Positions 50,340 through 58,157 of a stretch of DNA of 64,000 nt are shown here, one piece after another; position 1 is the first letter of the stretch; the number at the start of each line of letters is the position of its first letter. The DNA comes from a bacterium (GTDB lineage Bacteria; Patescibacteriota; Patescibacteriia; UBA1558; S5-K13): positions 37,217 to 101,216 of the forward strand of contig JAKPTO010000026.1 of NCBI GenBank assembly GCA_029555085.1, given 5' to 3'. The notes under the pieces were generated by a model. That model saw nothing but the letters and a program-made list of their open reading frames with translations, searched no databases and had not been told where the DNA came from. Both the position numbers and the translations under genes were made by a program.

Positions 50340-51554
50340 TTATTGATAATATTTATTTCTATTATAGTTAAATTCAAAAGATTTATTAAAATCAGATACT
50401 AATGATGGAATATTTGAAACCATAATTGACTCATCGTTTCTAAAAAATCCCCCAGAACTCCAATTATTTGTTCCAAAAAGAGCTATTTTATCATCAAAAA
50501 TCATTAGATGATGGTGTAAAAAAGAATTTAAATTTTGTTCATTAAATATTTGTTTTAATTCTTTATTTCTATTTTCATCAGTCAAAATTTCTAAATTATC
50601 TAAATGATTTTGCTTTTTCTTTTTTATCATAAAATTAAATACGGAACCATCTACTGAAAAATTATAATCATCTGTTAAAATTTTTACACTAATCTTTTTT
50701 GATGCTAATAATAAATCTTCTGCAATATCTCTATCTGTCATAAGCCAAATCATGGATTTTATGTTGTCCTTTGAATTCTCAATCAGATTCAACATTCTAT
50801 CCTTGATACCAGTATTTATTCTTTGTGGAGTAAACCAAATTTCTAAAAATCCTTCTGGATATTTTATAAGAGCAGCGAATGGATTATATTCTTTTGATAA
50901 TTTATCTCTTCCGCGTAAACCAGAAAATATTCTATCAAATTCCTCTCCATATATTTCAATAATTTCTGGCCTGTCAGTTTCTAAAATAAAACTCGGATCA
51001 TATTTATCTTGAATATAAGTAAAATTATAAGAACTAAAGAGTAATTTCTGGGTCTCCTCGCCTCTATCAATTATTATAAATTTATGATGCATGTATTCTG
51101 ATTTTTGAGTATTAATGTTCCTAGACAAAATATCTTTTCTTGTAATATTATCTCGCTTTTCTGAAAACAATCTATTATTTATATCTCTATGCACATCACT
51201 AAAAACTAATTTTATATTCACTCCTCTGTCTGATGCTTTATAAATTGCATCTCTTATCCTTTCGTCGTTCATAGAATAAATAGCCACTTCAATGGTTTTT
51301 TGTGCAGAATTTATAGAATCAATAACAATTTTTGACAAAATGTTTTGTCCAAATTCATCATTAAAATGTAAACTCCCTGAAAATGGTTCTGTGATTTCTA
51401 TGATTTTCGCAGGCCTAAATTCTACTATTCTTCTCTTCGAAAAAGATGTAAAAAATAAGTATATAAAAATTCCCATTGTAATTAATAAAAGAATTGGAAT
51501 TGCCCAAAAAATAAATGTCTTATGTGATTTTTCTAATTTCATCACCCAGCTCAT
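50340..51554 (-). CDS. Membrane-anchored phospholipase D-family protein (two PLD repeats, the second with a variant HKD motif). Third gene of the RT operon.
   Basis: 404 aa with a TM helix (FIFWAIPILLLITMGIFIYLFF). The first motif is canonical: HHKFIIID...FSSYN. The second is HHHLMIFDDKIALFGTNNWS, with Lys replaced by His at the x-K position. It overlaps the upstream gene by 35 nt, or 23 nt if M5 is the start. Confidence 0.75.
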   Translation of the reverse strand: MSWVMKLEKSHKTFIFWAIPILLLITMGIFIYLFFTSFSKRRIVEFRPAKIIEITEPFSGSLHFNDEFGQNILSKIVIDSINSAQKTIEVAIYSMNDERIRDAIYKASDRGVNIKLVFSDVHRDINNRLFSEKRDNITRKDILSRNINTQKSEYMHHKFIIIDRGEETQKLLFSSYNFTYIQDKYDPSFILETDRPEIIEIYGEEFDRIFSGLRGRDKLSKEYNPFAALIKYPEGFLEIWFTPQRINTGIKDRMLNLIENSKDNIKSMIWLMTDRDIAEDLLLASKKISVKILTDDYNFSVDGSVFNFMIKKKKQNHLDNLEILTDENRNKELKQIFNEQNLNSFLHHHLMIFDDKIALFGTNNWSSGGFFRNDESIMVSNIPSLVSDFNKSFEFNYNRNKYYQ

Positions 51555-53235
51555 ATTTTTGCTGATAAGTTAAATAATTATTATTTTCTTTTGAAAATAC
51601 TATAATAATAGAATCTTCAAGTTTTTCACTTAATATTTCTATTATTTTTATAATATCATTATAATTCAAATCAATCCAAATATTGTCAATAATAATAAGT
51701 TGTTTTTTATTAACTATGCAATGGAGCGCTTGAAGAGCAAAGCATGAAACATTATTATTAAAAGCCAACACACAAGAAGAATTAACATTATTTATAGAAG
51801 ATATTTTTGATGCAATAAATTGATTTTCAGATATTACCTTGATCACATTTTCAATTTCAGAAGAATTAATTTGTTCTTTATCTTTCCCTAAAATAAACTC
51901 CATCAAACTTTTTTCTGAAAATATTTTAGGATCGAAAAAATATGCGCCACAGAATAATTTTTGCCATATTGGATAATCATATCTTTTATTGTCTATTTTC
52001 ACCTTCATTGCCTTGGGATTATAAATACGCATTCCTGCAAAAATTTTAGCCAAACTTGTTTTTCCTGAAAAATTCTCTCCAAAAAATAAAATTCTTTCTG
52101 ATTTTTTAAAATGAAAATCTAGATTTCTGAAATATTTACCATCTTTAAATAATTTTGTTTTTTTTGCGTGAAACAATATTTCATTATGAATTTTTAAAGT
52201 ATTTTTTCTACGCAAAACTGCTCCTTTTTGCAATACTGTTAAAAACAAACCCAATCTTGCTGGAAAAAAATATAAACCAACTCTTAGCGCTTGATTAAGT
52301 GTTCTTGGAAAATAGAACATTAAAAATAAAAATAAAAATCTATTATCTCTACCAAGTAAATTTATAAAAGAAAAAAACTCATTTGTAAAAAAATTGCTTA
52401 AAATTACAATTATCAAAACTATCACAAATACAATTTTTGCGCTTATTCCAATCCAAAGATTTCTTCTAATGCGAAAAAAAGAATCTATATTAACAAGACG
52501 ATCAAACTTTTGTAGCACACTATCTTCATTATTAAAATTTTTATTAAAATATTTTTCTGATAAGCTAATATCGATATGTTTTATTATTTGTGAATAAAAA
52601 GTGACTTCTTGCGAAATATATTTTTTTGCAACATAATAAGCTATTATTCCTATAAGAATAGAAAGTGCCACGAAAAAAACGAAAACAATAAATAAATTTA
52701 ATCCTATTAAATATGCAATGAGCATTGCCACAGAAAAATATATGAACCATCTAATTATTCCAAAAAAAACAATTGATACACCCATTGAAACAAGCGATAA
52801 TTGATAAGAAATTTTTGCTATTAACCTACCCTGCCTTTCGTTGTTCATTGTTTCAACGGGTCTATCAATAAATGATTTAAATATTCTGCGCCTAATATCA
52901 TTTGCAAATAATACCACAATAGTTTTTTCTTGTTTTATAGAAAAAAATGAACTTATGATAAACAACAATATAAAAATAGCAAAAAATTGCCAAAAAAATG
53001 GGTCTAAAATACTATTTAGCTGAGATAATTTATTTCTACTAAATACAATAAGAAACGCTTCTATTACACAGGAAACAAAAATTAAAAGAACAAGACGCAA
53101 AATATAAAATTTATATTTTTTAAAAAAATCTCGTAAATACCCGTAATGTAAAAACGATAATTTTATATCTTTGTATTTATTCCTTGTTTTTCTAATTTCT
53201 TTTATTAATCTAATTTGTTCTTTTATTTCTTTCAT
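51520..53235 (-). CDS. ABC-exporter-like protein (type I 6-TM domain fused to a degenerate nucleotide-binding domain). Second gene of the RT operon.
   Basis: 571 aa. The TMD resembles ABC exporters (ANDIRRRIFKSFIDRPVETMNNERQGRLIAKISYQL). In the NBD, Walker A is retained (GENFSGKTS). The LSGGQ signature is replaced (NNVSCFALQALHCI). Walker B is LIIIDNIW (catalytic Glu replaced by Asn). There is no H-loop His. It overlaps the RT gene by 26 nt. Confidence 0.7.
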   Translation of the reverse strand: MKEIKEQIRLIKEIRKTRNKYKDIKLSFLHYGYLRDFFKKYKFYILRLVLLIFVSCVIEAFLIVFSRNKLSQLNSILDPFFWQFFAIFILLFIISSFFSIKQEKTIVVLFANDIRRRIFKSFIDRPVETMNNERQGRLIAKISYQLSLVSMGVSIVFFGIIRWFIYFSVAMLIAYLIGLNLFIVFVFFVALSILIGIIAYYVAKKYISQEVTFYSQIIKHIDISLSEKYFNKNFNNEDSVLQKFDRLVNIDSFFRIRRNLWIGISAKIVFVIVLIIVILSNFFTNEFFSFINLLGRDNRFLFLFLMFYFPRTLNQALRVGLYFFPARLGLFLTVLQKGAVLRRKNTLKIHNEILFHAKKTKLFKDGKYFRNLDFHFKKSERILFFGENFSGKTSLAKIFAGMRIYNPKAMKVKIDNKRYDYPIWQKLFCGAYFFDPKIFSEKSLMEFILGKDKEQINSSEIENVIKVISENQFIASKISSINNVNSSCVLAFNNNVSCFALQALHCIVNKKQLIIIDNIWIDLNYNDIIKIIEILSEKLEDSIIIVFSKENNNYLTYQQKYELGDEIRKIT

Positions 53236-54427
53236 AATGAAAGTCTAAATAAAAATTATATAATGATTTTATTTTTAAATATTCTATCTCTTTTCTTAAC
53301 AACCTTCTGTTGCGTGGTGAATATTTACCAAATATAAAATCTGTTAAAATACGGAAAAAATCTTCTGATAATTTTTTTATTTGTTCTGAGTTATTGATTT
53401 GTGGTTTATCTTTTATAATTTTTTGAAATTGGTAGTTAAAATTTTTTTCTGGATGTCCCATAATCCTTCTCAGTAAATACTTTTTTTTACTTAAATTATA
53501 ATTTTTATATTTTAAAATACTTTTCCAACCAGCAATAATACGCTTAATATATGATTTTTCTAAACTAATAATTCCTGAATTAAAGCAGTAGCCTAAAAAA
53601 GAAAAATTTTCTTTTGCATCACCAATAAATAATTTGCTATTATTTATTGTTAAATTTCTAATATTCAAATCTTTGATAATTTCTAATTTTAATTTATTTA
53701 GCTTGTCTATGTTATTATCAAAAATACCTATATCATCTCCTATTCTTATATAAAATGAACATTGTTTTTGATATTTATGATCAAGGTCTGTTAAATATAA
53801 ATTATTAAAAAGTGCTATTAGTGGAACACCCTGGACAAGACCTATATCAGGTGCTTCTATCTTACCATTTTTATATATTTTATTAAAAATAAATAATTTT
53901 AATAAATCTAATATTTTTCTATCTTCAAAAATGTTTTCCAGTTGTGAGTATAAAACATTCTTATCAATCAAGTCAGAATAGTTTTCCAAATCTAACACTA
54001 ATGCTTTGTCTGTAGAAAAATTTTTCCTATATCTATGGCAAAAATTTTTTGCTGCAAAATATGGTGGCTTGCCCGGCCTATATGAAAACAATCTTTTTGA
54101 AAAAACTTTTTCAAATTCTGGTAATAAAACTCTATAAATTGCCTGTGCTTTTATACGATCTTTTATATTATAAATAAAAATATCCCTGAATTTCTCGGGA
54201 TTATTTTTTTTAGGAATTGAAACAATAAGTGCTGGCTCAATTTCCCTATTTTCAACTAATTCTTTTTGACAAATATCTATAAGCTCCTTTGAATTTAAAT
54301 CTCTGTCTTGTATTGAAATATTATCCAAACCGTGATATCTAAAACTTTTACTATCTATAGAAAATTTTTCCACTATATCTAAATAAGCAGATCGAATATT
54401 ATCATAAGATACAATTTTATTAAACAT
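53210..54427 (-). CDS. Stand-alone reverse transcriptase, with no endonuclease or recognisable maturase extension
   Basis: 405 aa with RT motifs in order:
- SIPKKNNPEKFRDIFIYNIKDRIKAQAIYRVL (motifs 1-2)
- SYRPGKPPYFAAKNF (motif 2a/3 region)
- LVLDLENYSDLID (motif A)
- GLVQGVPLIALFNNLYLTDLD (motif B)
- FYIRIGDDIGIF (YxDD-type motif C)
- LTINNSKLFI...FSFLGYCF (motifs 6-7)
A ~110-aa helical tail follows. Confidence 0.85.
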   Translation of the reverse strand: MFNKIVSYDNIRSAYLDIVEKFSIDSKSFRYHGLDNISIQDRDLNSKELIDICQKELVENREIEPALIVSIPKKNNPEKFRDIFIYNIKDRIKAQAIYRVLLPEFEKVFSKRLFSYRPGKPPYFAAKNFCHRYRKNFSTDKALVLDLENYSDLIDKNVLYSQLENIFEDRKILDLLKLFIFNKIYKNGKIEAPDIGLVQGVPLIALFNNLYLTDLDHKYQKQCSFYIRIGDDIGIFDNNIDKLNKLKLEIIKDLNIRNLTINNSKLFIGDAKENFSFLGYCFNSGIISLEKSYIKRIIAGWKSILKYKNYNLSKKKYLLRRIMGHPEKNFNYQFQKIIKDKPQINNSEQIKKLSEDFFRILTDFIFGKYSPRNRRLLRKEIEYLKIKSLYNFYLDFHYERNKRTN

Positions 54428-54430
54428 ATT

Positions 54431-54624
54431 TTTAAAAATCGTCCTCAGGATATATAATAAAAATACTATATATTAATAAATCTAATGAAGACCCCCGTCC
54501 ACAAACTGGTTACAACCGTTTCCATTTTAATTAATTCGATATTAACGAATATAAAAAATTAAAACTAAAACGATTATTAATATCTCCTAAAATAGGAGTT
54601 TTGAGGATGATTTTTAAAAGTACA
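54431..54624 (-). ncRNA. Candidate structured non-coding RNA / leader immediately upstream of the RT gene (retron msr-msd-like or DRT-type ncRNA)
   Basis: A 17-nt inverted repeat with one mismatch (54431-54447 against 54602-54618) encloses about 154 nt. Inside are local hairpins CTCCT/AGGAG (54584-54598), ATTCG/CGAAT (54534-54550) and AAAC(T)GG/CCGTTT (54501-54521). A locally GC-rich core GAAGACCCCCGTCC stands out in an otherwise AT-rich intergenic region. The 3' arm ends 4 nt before the RT ATG. Confidence 0.4.
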
Positions 54625-54630
54625 TAATAT

Positions 54631-54660
54631 ATTATAGCATGTCAATAAAGCGTATGTAAA
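54631..54660 (-). promoter_or_regulatory. Sigma70-type promoter with extended -10, driving the RT leader and operon
   Basis: Minus strand: TTTACA (54660-54655), an 18-nt spacer, then TGcTATAAT (-10 at 54636-54631). The predicted TSS is near 54624. Confidence 0.5.
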
Positions 54661-54679
54661 GAATAAATATATAATTTTG

Positions 54680-54697
54680 TGATATAATTAATCTATG
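54680..54697 (+). promoter_or_regulatory. Extended -10 promoter placed for a leaderless recG mRNA
   Basis: TGaTATAAT (54680-54688) lies 6 nt upstream of the recG ATG (54695). No SD is present. Confidence 0.45.
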
Positions 54698-56758
54698 AAT
54701 CTAGATACAACACTTGATAAAATCTACGGAATAGGTCCAACAATCTATAAAAAATTACAAAAAATCGGATTAAATACAATATCTGATGCTATTTTTTATT
54801 ATCCATTTAGATATGAAGATTTTTCCCATTTAAAACAAATAAATGAGCTTGTAAATGAAGAATCTGCCACTATAAAAGGAAAAATCATACTTTTAAACAA
54901 TAAGAGATCTCCTAGAAAAAAAATGAATATCACTGAAATGCTTTTAGGAGATGATTCCGGACAAATTCAGATAATTTGGTTTAATCAACCATATATTAAA
55001 AATATATTACAAATTGGAGATGAGATATTTGTTTCAGGTGTTGTAAAAAAATCACTTTTGGGATTATCACTTATAAATCCAAATTATGAAAAAACTAATA
55101 GAGACACATCACACACTGCAAGAATTATTCCTATATATCCATCAACAGAGCATTTATCACAGAAACAACTTAGATACATAATAAAACAATCCTTGTCTTG
55201 TATAAATGAATTACATGAAAGGTTACCAAGTCAAATTATTAAAAAAGAAAATTTAATAGAAATAAAAGAGGCAATAAAACAAATTCACTTTCCAGATAAT
55301 TATAAAAAATTAGATCTTGCAAAAAAAAGATTATCATTTGATGAAATATTTTTATTATCATGTTTATCAAAATTTATTAAAAAACAAAATATTGAATTAA
55401 GCGCTCCTCAAATTAATTTCAAGGAAAAACAGATAAAAGATTTAGTAAAAAAAATTCCATTTAAATTAACAGAAGATCAAAGAAAGGCAACCTGGCAAAT
55501 TCTAAAAGATATTAGCCACAAAATTCCAATGAATAGACTTCTTGAAGGCGATGTAGGAAGTGGAAAGACAATTGTTTCTTTTATCTGCGCTTACAATGTA
55601 ATCTTGAACAAATATCAAGCAATTTTAATGTCTCCTACTCAGATTTTAACAAAACAACACTTTGAAAATGCTGTAAAATTTTTCAAGGACTATGATATTA
55701 ATATTTTACTTTTTACAAACTCTGACAGATTATTATTTAATGGAAAAAAACAATTAGCACAAAAATTAACAAAAAAAGAAATTAATAAGTTTGTCAAAAA
55801 ATCTGATTTTATAATAGGAACTCATTCTTTAATTCAGCAAAATGTAGAATTCAAAAATATTGGGCTCATAATAATTGACGAGCAACACAGATTCGGAGTT
55901 AAGCAGCGTCAAGAATTAACAAAAAAATCAGATATTAGTCCACACTTTTTATCAATGACTGCAACTCCAATTCCAAGATCTCTAGCGCTTACAATTTATG
56001 GAGATTTAGATATTTCAAAAATTTTACAAAAACCAGCAAACAGAAAAAAAATTATTACAAAATTTGTATATTCTCGCAACAGAACAAAAGCTTATGAATT
56101 TATTTATAACCAGATCCAAAACGGCAGACAAGTTTTTGTTGTGTGTCCACTTATAAATGAATCGGATAAATTAGGAGTAAAATCCGTAATGAGTGAATAT
56201 GAAAAATTAAGCAACGACATTTTTCCAAATTTAAAAATAGAATATTTACATGGAAAAATGAAAGAAACAGAAAAGCAAAAAATTCTAAAAAGTTTTTCTG
56301 ACAATGAAACAAAAATTTTAGTATCAACTTCTGTTATTGAGGTTGGAATTGATTTTCCAAATGTAACAATAATGATAATTGAAGGTGCTGATAGATTTGG
56401 ATTGGCATCACTCCATCAATTTCGAGGTCGTGTTGGTCGCGGAGAACATCAATCATTTTGCTTTTTATTTTCTGAATCAAACTCAGAAAAATCCCGTAAA
56501 CGTTTAGAAATATTAACAAAAACAGATAATGGATTTGAACTCGCAGAATATGATTTAAAATTTCGTGGAAGTGGAGATTTGTATGGAATAAAACAATCAG
56601 GATTTATGAATGGAGTGAAAATTGCAGATTTATCAGATTTAGAATTAATCAAAAAATGCAATATTTGGGCTCAATATATTTTTGAAAAAGGTCTTGAAAA
56701 ATTCCCTCAAATAAAAAAAGAGATAGAATTACTATCTTCTGATATTCACTTGGAATAA
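54695..56758 (+). CDS. recG: ATP-dependent DNA helicase RecG
   Basis: 687 aa with an N-terminal wedge/OB region, helicase motifs GDVGSGKT and DEQHRFG, and HQFRGRVGRG. Confidence 0.95.
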   Translation: MNLDTTLDKIYGIGPTIYKKLQKIGLNTISDAIFYYPFRYEDFSHLKQINELVNEESATIKGKIILLNNKRSPRKKMNITEMLLGDDSGQIQIIWFNQPYIKNILQIGDEIFVSGVVKKSLLGLSLINPNYEKTNRDTSHTARIIPIYPSTEHLSQKQLRYIIKQSLSCINELHERLPSQIIKKENLIEIKEAIKQIHFPDNYKKLDLAKKRLSFDEIFLLSCLSKFIKKQNIELSAPQINFKEKQIKDLVKKIPFKLTEDQRKATWQILKDISHKIPMNRLLEGDVGSGKTIVSFICAYNVILNKYQAILMSPTQILTKQHFENAVKFFKDYDINILLFTNSDRLLFNGKKQLAQKLTKKEINKFVKKSDFIIGTHSLIQQNVEFKNIGLIIIDEQHRFGVKQRQELTKKSDISPHFLSMTATPIPRSLALTIYGDLDISKILQKPANRKKIITKFVYSRNRTKAYEFIYNQIQNGRQVFVVCPLINESDKLGVKSVMSEYEKLSNDIFPNLKIEYLHGKMKETEKQKILKSFSDNETKILVSTSVIEVGIDFPNVTIMIIEGADRFGLASLHQFRGRVGRGEHQSFCFLFSESNSEKSRKRLEILTKTDNGFELAEYDLKFRGSGDLYGIKQSGFMNGVKIADLSDLELIKKCNIWAQYIFEKGLEKFPQIKKEIELLSSDIHLE

Positions 56759-56793
56759 ATTAAGAATATAAAATAAGCTAAACAATTCAAAAC

Positions 56794-58131
56794 TTAAATT
56801 AAAAACTTTTTAAGTTCTTTTATATTTTTGATACAATTCAAATTAATTCCTTTTACATCAACTGCTTTTTCAAAACTTGGAATAATTATATTTTTAAATC
56901 CTAAATTCACTGCTTCTTTTATTCTCTCTTTTGTTTTTGGTATTTGTCTAATTTCTCCATTGAGTCCTACTTCACCAAAAAATACTGAATTTTCCATAAT
57001 TTTTTTATTTTCATATGATGAATAAATTGCCACCGCAACCGCTAAATCAAGCGCGCGGTCCGAAACTTTGAAGCCACCAGTTAAATTAATATAAACATCA
57101 TATAAATTTAATTTTAAATCTAATTTTGATTGAAGTACTGCTATAAGTAATTCTAATCTTTTCTGATCATAACCAGATACGGTTCTTTTTGGATAACCAA
57201 AATTTGTTTTTGATACAAGTGCTTGAAGTTCTAACATTAAAACCTGATTTCCTTCTATAATAGAAGTAATTGCCGTGCCTGAACTTTCTGGATTAATTGA
57301 TGACAAATAAATTTTTGATGGATTTATCACTTCTTTAAATCCTGATTTTGTCATCTCTAAAATTACCGACTCATCAGTTGCTCCAAATCTATTTTTAACA
57401 GATTTCAAAATTCTAAATCTATGCAATCTATCACCTTCAAGACTCAGTACGCAATCAACTAAATGTTCCATTGTTTTAGGTCCCGCTAAATCACCTGATT
57501 TATTTACATGACTTATGATGAGAGTTGCAATATTAAATTTTCTTGCAATTTCCATAATTTTTACAGTACAAGCCCTTACTTGCGCGACTCCACCTGGATC
57601 GCTTTCAATCTCACTCGTGTAAAGTGTTTGAATTGAATCTATAATTAAAAAATCTGGTTTGATTTTTAATATTCCAGCTAGAATTATTTCTATATTATTT
57701 TCTGCCAAAAACTTTACTACTTTACTATCAACTTCCAATCTATCAAAACGAGATTTTACTGAACTTGCACTCTCTTCTCCTGAAACATATAAAGTATTTA
57801 AACTCTTGTTTATAATTTGAGAAATAATTGTAGATTTTCCAATCCCCGGCTCACCACCAAGTAAAACCAAAGAAGAAGGAACTAATCCTCCTCCGACTAC
57901 TTTATCAAAATAAGTTAATCCTGTTTTTATTTTTTTAACTTGTTCATTTTTTATTTTTGACAAATCTATGAAATCAACTTTTAAATCTTTTAAATTTTCT
58001 GTTTTGTCTTTTCTTTCGTCTTCGATAAATGTTTCTTTTTCTAATGTTCCCCAAGCACCACACTCAATACACTTTCCAGCCCATTTCGGAAATTGTGCTC
58101 CACATTTTGAACATGAATATATTGTTTTCAT
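56794..58131 (-). CDS. radA: DNA repair protein RadA/Sms
   Basis: 445 aa with the Zn finger CSKCGAQFPKWAGKCIECGAW, Walker A GGEPGIGKST, the KNRFG motif and a Lon-like C-terminal domain. Confidence 0.95.
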   Translation of the reverse strand: MKTIYSCSKCGAQFPKWAGKCIECGAWGTLEKETFIEDERKDKTENLKDLKVDFIDLSKIKNEQVKKIKTGLTYFDKVVGGGLVPSSLVLLGGEPGIGKSTIISQIINKSLNTLYVSGEESASSVKSRFDRLEVDSKVVKFLAENNIEIILAGILKIKPDFLIIDSIQTLYTSEIESDPGGVAQVRACTVKIMEIARKFNIATLIISHVNKSGDLAGPKTMEHLVDCVLSLEGDRLHRFRILKSVKNRFGATDESVILEMTKSGFKEVINPSKIYLSSINPESSGTAITSIIEGNQVLMLELQALVSKTNFGYPKRTVSGYDQKRLELLIAVLQSKLDLKLNLYDVYINLTGGFKVSDRALDLAVAVAIYSSYENKKIMENSVFFGEVGLNGEIRQIPKTKERIKEAVNLGFKNIIIPSFEKAVDVKGINLNCIKNIKELKKFLI

Positions 58132-58157
58132 TTAATTATATTAGTTTTATATTTATA

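Noticed and set aside
54448-54601. DRT2-like endless ORF (neo) created by rolling-circle reverse transcription of the enclosed template.
   Set aside because: My reading found stop codons (TAA/TAG/TGA) in all three frames on both strands of the enclosed ~154 nt, so a stop-free concatemer ORF is not possible as the sequence stands.
53210-54694. Group II intron hosting the RT.
   Set aside because: Only 267 nt lie upstream, and the downstream ORF overlaps the RT stop. This leaves no room for ribozyme domains I-VI. I recognised no GUGYG 5' end or domain V-like hairpin, and no maturase or En domain.
50340-54694. Diversity-generating retroelement (TR/VR pair with the RT).
   Set aside because: I found no second copy of the GC-rich core (GGACGGGGGTC / GACCCCCGTCC) or its flanks elsewhere in the window by eye. 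There is no Avd-like gene or C-type-lectin target, and RT motif B lacks the DGR-typical SQ residues. A computed self-alignment allowing A-to-N mismatches would settle this.
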